Origin: Takakia lepidozioides
Lineage: Eukaryota; Plantae; Bryophyta
Direction: 5' to 3'
Length of the DNA: 64,000 nt
Assembly (NCBI GenBank): GCA_030704615.1
Contig: CM060733.1
Coordinates: 19,096,001 to 19,160,000 of the forward strand
Part shown: piece after piece, positions 39,114-48,493 of the stretch
Layout of the letters: each line of letters opens with the position of its first letter
How positions within the stretch are numbered: position 1 is the stretch's first letter
Program-made: the position numbers and the translations under genes
Notes under the pieces: model-generated
Database searches by the model: none
Seen by the model: only the letters and a program-made list of their open reading frames with translations
Told to the model about the DNA's origin: nothing

Positions 39114-39327
39114 CCTCAGAATCATGTTGCTGGGCCTCAAGACGATGTTGCCTAATGATATGCTAGACGGTCTGGCCCTGCTGTGACATTCGAACACGGC
39201 GTGCTCGCACTTGAGCCTGCACTCGCACCAGCGCTTGCAAGCACCGCAGGGTACTGGCAGCCTGCCTTCGCACTGTGTGGCCCGCACCAGTGCTTGCAGC
39301 CGCACCAACCCTTTCAGGATACGCAGG
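39114..39327 (-). pseudogene. Captured IQ67-domain (IQD) exon fragment, antisense within the retrotransposon leader
   Basis: Reads LRILKGLVRLQALVR(G)HTVRRQAASTLRCLQALVRVQAQVRARRVRMSQQGQ after correcting a 1-bp deletion; then has a TAG stop. Confidence 0.85.
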
Positions 39328-39769
39328 CAACCTCTTCTTGCCTGTTCAACGTCAGAACGCTCATCAGTAACATATGCACAAGCTGCATTTGATCCAGAGC
39401 TACACTCTGTACTGGAGCTGGCCAGTTATGTGCTGCCTGTTTGTCTCTGCTTTGTATAAGGATATGGGCATTGACGAAGAAATTGGTACTGTTTCTTAAG
39501 TTCTCGGGCTTTCTTCTCCTTACTGCTTGCTGGAGGTTATGACATTTCTTCATTTCCTTCCGTCTTCCTTGTCTCGATAGCAAGATTATGTTAGGCTGCA
39601 GTAATGCTTCTATGCACTTGGCAAGTAATGGTAAACCATCTTATTATGAGGCACATTATTGGTTGGAGGTCGAGAAGTCACAGGTGGACCAGCTCAAGGT
39701 CTGAAACCTTCCAAGGCTGTTTACAACATGACAAGAAAGCAGCAGAGATATACCTGCTTACTGGCAAAG

Positions 39770-39905
39770 AGTCAGTGCTAGGAGCTGCATTTGATCCAGA
39801 GCAACACTCTGTACTGGAGCTGGCCAGTGATGCTGAGCTGTTTGAACTATTGAACATTCTCTATGGACAAAGCCTGCTGAGCCTGCTGTTGAAGTCAGTG
39901 GCGCT
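39770..39905 (+). pseudogene. Second captured host-gene fragment (conserved plant unknown protein)
   Basis: AAFDPEQHSVLELASDAELFELLNILYGQSLLSLLLKSV resembles a conserved plant motif of the type DPEL..VLELATD.EL.EL..IL.G.S..SPLLKS (from memory). 46 bp of it is duplicated at 39381-39426. Confidence 0.5.
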
Positions 39906-40373
39906 AGAAGGAGGGAAGCCTATGGGGTGCTAAGCCTGTCGAGCAGGGGTGTGTACTGGTGATACGAGCGTGGGTCAGGGAGCTACTTGGTTCGAGCGCA
40001 AAGGATCAAAGCCCTGGAGTCAGCATAGTCGGGGAACGGCCTCGGGAACCCGTAGATAACCAGGGAACAGGGAACCTAGACAAGTATTAAAAAAAAAAAA
40101 TTAATTAAAAAAGAAAAGAAAAAAAGAAGGTGTTATGTTTAAAGAGCCTGGTTGGTCATATCTTTGTCAAATGAGCTCCGTTTGACTCAGTTTTTGGGGG
40201 GATAGCTGCAGAAAGGGGAAATCTACCTATCTAAACCTGGTTTCTGTTTTTGGGACTCTGCTAAAAATCTATGGAATTTTTAGAGTGTGAGTGTGCCATG
40301 AAAGATCCACAATCCTGTCTCTAGAACCTGTGCTGGTCTATATGAGAGACAAATTGGTGGATGTACTCCTTGC

Positions 40374-41107
40374 ATGGCTGGGGGAAATGAGGACGTAATT
40401 GAAGGGCAGGTCTCTTCTCTTAGTCTGTGCACACAAGGGGACAGGATTTATGTTTCCCAAGGAACTCAGACTGATTTGAGTGGAGAACAGTTGGACGAGT
40501 TGATTGCATACTGGGAGTCAGGCATTAGCAGTAGACAACAGACTGCTGTAGTTGGCATTGATGGCCTCAATATTGCCTTGGACAGTCAGAACTCTGTTGG
40601 AGCCAGTAGTTCTGCAGCTGTAGGTGAAATACCAATGTGGGTGAAAGCTAGGCTTGGAACACAGCCAAAGACAGTCCCGGGGACCAAGGTGTTCAGTCAC
40701 AAGGCCGTGGTGTACTGGAGCAGAGGGTTTGTGCAATCAGACATGGTTGCAGCCGGATACGCTCTGCACAGGGCAACCACGAGCGGGGGTTCATCAGCAA
40801 TGACATGTTTGTTGTGCGTGAAGGAGATGCAGTCATTCGCAATGAGGACACCCGCAACCGTCTCAAAGCTTTCGAGTTGAGAGACTATCAGACCCTACCT
40901 TTGTTTTCTTTAGTGTTTAGTGAGCGGGAGATAGGGGAGTATTGCTTTGTCTCTACCTGGCAGAAAGAGGAGGAGGGTTGGTTAGAGCGAGCTACTGTAG
41001 CTTGGGACAAGGTTAGTGGCAGGTTTCTGGACATAGATATACCTCCTACACCTTACCATCATGCAGAGCGAGGCACTTTGAGAGAAGTCTGGCAGTTGAT
41101 AGCATAG
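40374..41107 (+). CDS. Extra upstream ORF(s) of the retrotransposon, function unknown (overlapping ORFs 40374-40880 and 40805-41107)
   Basis: Two overlapping sense ORFs between the leader and gag, with protein-like composition; no family recognised. Confidence 0.4.
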
Positions 41108-41627
41108 ATCAGGATTAGATCTTGATTGGTCGGGCTTCTATTCTTCCCCTCCATCTCTGTACTATTTTCATTACCTTGTACTTGTAGTTGCCAAAGCCTC
41201 TCTTGGTGGAGGCCAGTCAGTCCGGGGTTTTGGGCTGGGATATTCTGCAGGATCAGCATTGCAGCTGGATTTTGGTGTAGGGGTGTTGATGTTTTGATTT
41301 CTTGTGTTTGGATCCCCCCCAACACCTGCATGCTTGACTGTGCGCCATGTTGGTTTTGTGTGGGCGCTTGCTTTCATAGGGATTAGGCCGGATTTGATCA
41401 CCGGTCAATCCTAGAGTATGCTGTCGGTGGTGAGGCTGGAGTGATGACCAGCAAGACCACCAGTGTTTCTTCTATGGTGAGGCTGGGTTGATGACCAGCC
41501 AACCATAGGAGTTCTTGCGGTGGATGCAAGTGCAGGTGCCCTGAGCCATTGGGATATGACCCTTAAAACTGCAACAGGTGCCCACCCGTGTCACTATTAG
41601 ATTAGTAGTAGAGCCTTATAGTGTCAC

Positions 41628-43105
41628 GTGGAGGAGGTGCACATTGTGAGTGTCATTACGGAGTTACCCAAGGGTGGTGAGGGGAGTACGGCTACAGGCA
41701 GTAACAGTGAGAGTGGGTTCACAAGACGAGGTATTCGGTTCAGACCACCTTCACCGCCACCCTCAATTACTGTAGAGTCAGACACAGACTCGGGGGCTTC
41801 ATCAACAGGTGTGCACTTTCATTCGCCATTGTTGTGGGACGACATGGAGGAGATGTATGGAGCTACCAAGAGGCCTCGTAGGTACTCTGGAGCTGTGGGC
41901 ACAATCGAGTTGGATGACTTTATCCAGGAGTTCGACAGCTGGTGTGATTTGCAGCAGATGCGCAATCCACAACTATTCACCCCATTCATGGCGTGGAAGG
42001 GACTGTTCCAGCATTTGGAAGGCCCGCCTATGGACGATTACCACGAGTTCAGGCGAGGACATGAAGCAGAGATTGAGGAGTGGAGGATGTATTGGTCACC
42101 TGACTACGTCTCCATTACTCGAGGCACGACGCGACCAGTAGCTGCATCAGTACCAATAGCTCCCACTGCCAGCACTAGTAGTGGAGCAGGTAGTGCTGGT
42201 ACTTCTGCAGGTGGTACCAGTTCAAAAGGTGCTACTACTCCTCCTGCCACAACTACAACACATGTGCCTAGATTCAACCCGGTGGTGGAGTTCTTCCAGG
42301 AGTTGCGGAGGAACTACCAAGGTGTACGGACAGAGAAGCTGCGAAGTTTGCAAGACTTCCAGCGCAAACCCAGTGAGAGCCTGCAAGAGGCGTACACTCG
42401 TATGAGGCGCTTGATAAGTGTGACCCAAGGGGTTACTGAAGCTCAGGCAATCCAGTTTTGGTATGGAATTGTGGACAAGGAGCTCAAGAGAAGGGTGCGA
42501 GATGCAACCCTGTTACAAGCAGCCCAACCCACATTAGCAGATGTGTTTCTGCTGGCTGAGCGGATTGAGCTCAACATGGTGGAGGAGCGAGTTGTTACAA
42601 TTGGATTTGGCAAGGACATGCCGGTACGGGGCACAGCTGTCAGCCCACAAGCACAAGGGACTGCCCAACAGCGTGGTCAGGGGGCAAGGTTGCCCAGCCC
42701 AAGTTCCATGGAGCTTACAGGGGACCTCAGGTGCAGAGGCCCGTGGCATCTTTTGCAGGCCAACAGCAACCAGGGGTGATATGTTGGACATGTGGAGGAC
42801 CCCATGTCAAGAGAGATTGCCCAGAGAGTGGCAGAAGGCCGGCACAAGCACAGCCTGCACAGTTGCAGTGTGGGCATTGTGGCAAGTATGGGCATGGAGA
42901 TGCCCAGTGTTATGACTTGCATCCTAAGTTGCACCCAGGCCAGTTCCAAGGGAACAATGGTGGCCGGGGGCGAGGTGGACCAGCCCAGAGAGGACGAGGT
43001 GGTCGGGCACGAGGTGCAGGCCAAAGGCAAGCTCAACATGGCCAAGGACGCGGAGGTCAGGGCGTTGATCAAGGCATGGCCAACCGGCTTCAGCAGAGCA
43101 GGATG
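41628..43105 (+). CDS. gag: Gag-like protein with two zinc knuckles and an RGG-rich tail (frame change at G-run 42680-42684)
   Basis: Capsid-like YSG...LDDFIQEF..W and FQRKPSESLQEAYTRMRRL. After the frame change: CWTCGGPHVKRDC, CGHCGKYGHGDAQC and GGRGRGG repeats. Confidence 0.8.
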
Positions 43106-43107
43106 AC

Positions 43108-44574
43108 ATGCATGGTACGGCGGAGTTGCCTGCCATGGTTGCTCACACTCCGTTGTGGGGTACGAGCAAGGATTTGCAGCAAGCTGCTGATGGACGGGTG
43201 CAACAAGCTTGGGAAGAAGCTTTTGTACCGTCAGGAGAGGAGGAGAGTGCGGTGATTGCACCAGGGCCACCTCAGTTGTCGCCATTGGACACCACACCTC
43301 TTGTGTGGCAGCGGCCGGATGAAGGCATTTGCCTTCTGGACTTGTTTGGCGGGATCAGCACCGGATTGGCTGCTGTGCTACAGGCAGGTGTGCGGGTAAG
43401 GCGTTACCTGTATGTGGAGAGGGATGAGACTGCACGACGCGTCTCACTGCGCCATGTGGCTCAGTTGGTACAGCAGTACCCTGACTTGTTGCCTGTGTCT
43501 GCAGTTCGTGGATACCAACAAGCCTTGCCAGCAGACATTTCCTTGTTGGGGGCGCAAGATTTGGAGCAGGTTGGCTCCATTGATCTGATAGTGGCAGGTT
43601 GGCCCTGCCAAGGGCATTCATCAGCCGGGCATGGCAATGGATTGCGAGACTCGAGGACGGGTCTGTTTTGGGAGATGGTGCGGATTTTGCGCTGCTTGCA
43701 GCTTCATCAAGCTATATCTCCAGCATACATCTTGGAGAATGTACCACTGATGGGTGATTCTCGGGCCAGGGTGATATCCAGTGTGCATCAAGTCCGGTCG
43801 TGGCTTGGGTCAGCAGTGTTGTTGGATGCAGCTGCAGTGGGGTCACGGGCTCATCGTCCACGACTATGGTGGACTAACTTGATGCCACCCGCACTGCTCA
43901 AGCGTGCATTTGATGGGGTGCAGCGGCCAGCACACCTCACCGTGGATGGCATTTTGGACACAGGAAGGCAGTCTCAACGTGTGAGACACGATGACCGTTC
44001 GCCTTTGGCAGTGGTCAACAGGGTGGGTCAACCACGAACAGCATTACCTACACTGCTCAGCTTCCCAGGATCCCATGCTTTTCGGGATGGTGGACCTGGC
44101 CTCCTGTGGGATGCTCAGTTGCAGCAATTAGTGGAGCCTAATGCCGACGAGCGAGAGCGGGCTATGGGGTTTTCCACTGGGACCACGGCGGTGCCTTCTC
44201 TTTCTGAGGCATCACGTCATCAGGTGTTGGGGCAAGCAATGGATCTCAATTGCTTGACCTGGATTGTCAGCTTGGCTATGGCTGAGCAACGTAGAGTGCG
44301 GAGTGCACTTCCCTTGACGGTCTCTCTGCCTACTGAGACGGTACAGGCAGCGAGTGGGGGCGAGCCGGTGAGGACCACGAGGTGTAGACATCCATGGCAC
44401 ATGTGGGAGGTGCTCGAGGTTCAGAGGGAGTTGGCAGCGAAGGCAGCTGTGATGGATGAGGTTGGGGATTCTTCTCGGGATGAGGAGGTTCTCAATGATG
44501 AGATGATGGGGCAGGATGAGGCCTTGTCATTGACTGAGCAGGAAGGGGGTACTGCTCAAGAGGCTGCAGCATAG
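43108..44574 (+). CDS. C5-cytosine DNA methyltransferase (DNMT) domain encoded by the retrotransposon, same frame as pol
   Basis: Ordered motifs: I LLDLFGGISTG, II YVERD, IV IDLIVAGWPCQGHS (catalytic PC at 43603-43608), VI YILENV, VIII RAHRPRLWWTN, IX ERERAMGF, X LGQAM. Confidence 0.93.
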   Translation: MHGTAELPAMVAHTPLWGTSKDLQQAADGRVQQAWEEAFVPSGEEESAVIAPGPPQLSPLDTTPLVWQRPDEGICLLDLFGGISTGLAAVLQAGVRVRRYLYVERDETARRVSLRHVAQLVQQYPDLLPVSAVRGYQQALPADISLLGAQDLEQVGSIDLIVAGWPCQGHSSAGHGNGLRDSRTGLFWEMVRILRCLQLHQAISPAYILENVPLMGDSRARVISSVHQVRSWLGSAVLLDAAAVGSRAHRPRLWWTNLMPPALLKRAFDGVQRPAHLTVDGILDTGRQSQRVRHDDRSPLAVVNRVGQPRTALPTLLSFPGSHAFRDGGPGLLWDAQLQQLVEPNADERERAMGFSTGTTAVPSLSEASRHQVLGQAMDLNCLTWIVSLAMAEQRRVRSALPLTVSLPTETVQAASGGEPVRTTRCRHPWHMWEVLEVQRELAAKAAVMDEVGDSSRDEEVLNDEMMGQDEALSLTEQEGGTAQEAAA

Positions 44575-47500
44575 CAACCACGGGACGCGTCCTCTACCTC
44601 TAAGCCCACTGGACTTAAGGTTGCAGTTACGGAGGACAATTGGGAGCCTGACATTGGACCCATTGTCACCGGAGGAGAGAGACGACGTATTTGGCGGTTC
44701 CTGAGGGCTTATAGGAATTGCTTTGCCTTCAGTTTGAAGGACTTGGGAGCACTGAAGGGTCAAGAGATCCGTATTGAGTTGGCCACTGACACGCCAATCT
44801 TTCGGAGACCCTATAAATACAGTGACATGGAGAGGTCTTTGATTCAGATGAGGACTCAAGATCTCTGGGAGGCAGGTTTGGTGGAGCTCTCTGGTGGAGA
44901 GTATGCTTCAGCCACAGTGATGCCAGCTAAGAAGGATGTCTATGGCAATTGGACGGAGAGACGTATGTGCGGTGATTACCGGCCTGTAAATCGTCAGACC
45001 AAGTCCGATAGGTATGCCATGCCAACACCAGAGGAGATCTTTGATGCCATTGGGCATTCCAAGGTCTTTAGCACGTTGGATTTACGATCCGGATATCACC
45101 AGTTGCCGATCAAGGAGGCGGATAAGCAAAAGACGGCATTCTGGGGGATCAATGAGCACGGGAAGGATTGCCTATACCAGTGGCGGTTCTTACCATTTGG
45201 GCTTAAAAACGCTCCCGCTGAGTTTCAAAGAGTCATGGACAGGATTCTAGCAGGGGTGGAGTTTGCTCGGTGCTACATAGATGACATCATCATCTTTAGT
45301 GCTACGGTGGAGGAGCATGAGAGACACCTTCAGGGGGTATTTGAGCGCTTGAGGACGCACGGATTGAAGTTACATCCGGGCAAGTGCAAGTTTTTCCACA
45401 ACCAGATTGAGTATCTGGGTCACATGATATATCCTGGAGGATTGGGGGTACAGCAGACTAAGGTAGAGTCCATTGCACAGGTTCCATGCCCCACGGATGT
45501 GAGCCGAGTTCGAGCTTTCATGGGGTTAGCAAACTATTACAGACGGTTTGTTAAGGGATTTAGTGCCATTGCAAAGGCTCTAACCAAGCTGACCAAGGTG
45601 GACCAGGAGTGGCAGTGGGAAGATGAGCAAGAACAAGCTTTTCAAGAGCTCAAGGCGAGGTTGACCTCGGCGCCCATCTTGAGACGACCTATCAGGGGGC
45701 GTCCTTTTCAGCTGCATACAGATTGGAGCATGCTGGGGCTTGGAGCGGTGCTCACACAGGTGGATGATGAGGGAAGAGAGTTCGTAGTGGCTTATGCTAG
45801 CCGCTCGAACAATGCTGCAGAGTCTAAGTATAGCTCATATGAGGGAGAATGCTTAGCTGCAGTGTGGGCCGTGGCACACTTCAGGTGCTATTTATACGGC
45901 AATCTCTTCACCCTTGTCACGGATCACCAACCACTCAAGTGGTTGATGAAGTCAGACAAGCTTACGGGGAAGCTTGCACGGTGGGCACTCATCCTTCAAG
46001 AGTATGACTTTCAGGTGGTGCATCGACCGGGTTTGGTCAATCGAAATGCAGATGGGTTGAGTCGTAATCCATGCACGAGCCAGCAGGATGACACTGGAGC
46101 TCGGTGGCATGGTGAGACGGACGAGGAGATGGTGCCCGGATGGCATGCATCTGCATTTCTGTGTATCTTGGCAACGGAAGGCCAGGTTGGACCTACAACA
46201 GGGATGACTGTAGATCAAGTGTCTGAGGACCCTGAGGCCAGCAATGAGCAGGGTGGCGCCAAAGATATACATGAGGATTCAGTTGTGTTGGACTACCTCC
46301 GCAGTGGAGACACGGCAGCCACTATGACTGCCAAGGAGAGGGATCGGATCCTACAACGAGCCAAGAGGTTCAGGTGGGAGGGGACACACCTGCTCCGAGT
46401 GTGGGAGGATGGTCGAGTGAGGATTGTGCCTCACCCAACACAGCGGGCACGGTTAGTGCGGCATGCCCATGAGGAGTTGGGGCATTTTGGGGTGCGACGC
46501 ACTCATAGTCTACTGCAGGGGCAGTATTGGTGGCGTGGTATGCACACAGAGGTGCAATAATTTGTGGCTAGGTGCATGGTGTGTGACAGGATGCGTGCTT
46601 CATTCAACGCCCCTACTCCACAATTGCACCCTCTTCCGATCATGGGATTGGGCTACAGGTGGAGTCTTGACTTCGCAGGGCCGTTGCCACTGACCATGCG
46701 CCACAACAAGTACGTGTTGGTGATGGTGGAGCACTTCTCCAAGTGGATTGAATTGGTTCCATTGCCTGATAAGGCTAGTGAGGGAGCTGCGTATGCATTC
46801 CTGGATTGTGTGCTTAGCCGATTCGGTGCTCCAGCTGAGGTACTCACGGACCAAGGGAGAGAGTTCTTGGGGGAGTTTCAGGCTTTGTGTGACAAGGCCT
46901 TGATAGACCACCGCACCACTTCTCGGGATCATCCTGAAGCCGATGGCTTGGCAGAGAGAGTTGTTCAGACAGTAAAGAGGGGTTTGCGCAAGTATGGCTT
47001 GCAGAAGGGACACCTAGGAGATTGGGACCTTCAGTTACCCTGGTTAGCCATGGGCTACAGGTTCAGCAAGCAAGCATCACTTGTCTCCTTCTCACCATAT
47101 TTTCTTCTCTTTGGCCGAGAGCCGGATTTGCCTACATCCATTCGCAGAGAAGCTGCTACAGTTCTTAACCTTGACGATCCGGACATGTGGGCACGTGCAT
47201 GTGAGCAGCGTGCAGAGTTGTTCAAGAGAGTCATGCCCATGGCTTTCGAGAACCTTGCCATTGCACAACACCGTGATACGTTGAGGTATGCTACCATACG
47301 TGGTGGGGGCTATCGTCCTGGGGTTCGGAGATTCAACCCTGGTGACTATGTCTATCTGCAGCAGACTGCTCCTACGACCCTGGATGTGACTGCAGGACGT
47401 GTTATTTTGAGGGTTCGAGAGGTCTTACCCTCAGGCGTCTTGGTCTTGGAGGGTCGGGATGACATAACTTGGAAGGACCATGTGCGTAATTGTGCGCCAT

Positions 47501-47709
47501 GTCACCTTCCGAATGTTGATGGCAGGATTGACCCAAACCTGGTAGTGGTATCTGCAGGTTTGAGGTGCATGTTGTGTGGGTCTGCTAAAGGGGCAGCCAC
47601 CATGCTGGTGTGCGATCGATGCTCTAGAGGTTGGCATATGGGATGCTTGACTCCACCTCTTGAGATGGTTCCGGATGGGGATTGGTTATGTCCACATTGC
47701 ATTGGATAG
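44575..47709 (+). CDS. pol: Pol: reverse transcriptase, RNase H, integrase and C-terminal PHD finger (in-frame TAA at 46558-46560)
   Basis: RT: RMCGDYR, LDLRSGYHQ, PFGLKNAP, YIDD. RNase H: LHTDWS, YSSYEGECLA, TDHQPL, NADGLSR. Integrase: HEELGH..C..C and D-D-E (LDFAG, TDQG, GLAER). PHD C4HC3 at 47566-47700. Confidence 0.95.
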
Positions 47710-47954
47710 TGGGAGTGGATACAACCATGGAAGGCTAACAAGAAACGCAAGGCCCAGCTACTAAGAGACCTTGAACACACGAGGTCCTGGCCCAAGTTCA
47801 CAGATTGCAAGATGACGACTAACGATGGGGCTACTCTTGTACCCGGCCTCTTGGTCTATAGAGTTTGAGTACAATAGGGACAGTGATAGAGGACTTAGTA
47901 CGGCTGTGGCTATTACATCTTGTAGGTATCTGGAGGTAGAGGGACCTATCCACC

Positions 47955-47969
47955 AGCTAGGGGGGCGAT
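47955..47969 (+). promoter_or_regulatory. Polypurine-tract-like sequence immediately before B1
   Basis: AGCTAGGGGGGCGAT directly precedes TGTGGC at 47970. Confidence 0.7.
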
Positions 47970-48407
47970 TGTGGCAGACTACTTTATTGTGCATATATGT
48001 GTGGTGTGGTTTGGACAGCGATGTAGTTGTGTAGCGATATGTATGCGCACGACAGCTGTTAAGTTAAATAAGCACAGTGTGAAAACAGCTAGAATAAAAT
48101 TAGTTATTTGTATTTAACACTTGGATTTAGGTCAAGTGTTAAATCAGGTGTCAAGTTTAGTTTGACACCTGGTCCGTCTTATCTTCACGAGAGCGGCAGT
48201 CGCGCGGCTCATCTTTCTCGAGTTGAGCCTGCGCGACCGAGCTCCTGCATGCGTTTAGATCTGAGTGTACTCATGATGGGAGTGTAGGTTGTTGTGGGGT
48301 GGAGTCCCCATAGCTTGGGGTGCCCCTGGCTCGACTTCTATTATAAAGAGTGATAGCGATGGATTTCATATGTTTTGTGTCAACAGTGTCTCTATGCTTG
48401 TTTATCA
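47970..48407 (+). repeat. Complete 438-bp LTR (B1 + GC + A2), TG...CA
   Basis: Starts just after the PPT with TG and ends TTTATCA, the same end that abuts the PBS in A1. Confidence 0.85.
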
Positions 48408-48408
48408 T

Positions 48409-48493
48409 TGTGGCAGATTACTTTATTGTGCATATATGTGTGGTGTGGTTTGGACAGCGATGTAGTTGTGTAGCGATATGTATGCGCACGACA
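48409..48493 (+). repeat. Terminal repeat B2 (85 bp; left-hand part of the LTR, displaced to the right end)
   Basis: Matches 47970-48054 except one C/T. Ends GACA and is followed by the CAGA TSD. Confidence 0.93.

Larger units (their letters stand above)
38040..48493 (+). mobile_element. Ty3/gypsy-type retrotransposon encoding gag, C5-DNA methyltransferase, RT, RNase H, integrase and PHD, with split direct repeats (A...B-A-B)
   Basis: Domain order RT-RH-INT. Termini TGTC...GACA, flanked by CAGA on both sides (38036-38039, 48494-48497). Repeats A1 38040-38390 / A2 48057-48407 and B1 47970-48054 / B2 48409-48493. Confidence 0.93.

Noticed and set aside
39950-40130. Possible tRNA-derived SINE (GGTTCGAG plus an A-rich tract)
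   Set aside because: The A/B boxes are weak, there is no TSD, and A-rich tracts are common in gypsy leaders.
40740-40775. MVAAGYAL resembling fructose-1,6-bisphosphatase
   Set aside because: Only about 7 residues match and the flanks do not; probably chance.
43948-43965. ILDTG as a retroviral protease active site
   Set aside because: It lies between DNMT motifs VIII and IX, and the downstream protease features (flap, ILG.D motif) are missing.
38040-48407. Conventional LTR element bounded by A1 and A2 only
   Set aside because: The flanks (CCAGA / TTGTG) give no TSD, the PPT lies 87 bp upstream of A2, and B2 would be unexplained.
38040-48493. DIRS/Ngaro/PAT tyrosine-recombinase element, suggested by the split repeats
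   Set aside because: No tyrosine recombinase ORF was seen; a full HHCC-DDE integrase and a TSD are present.
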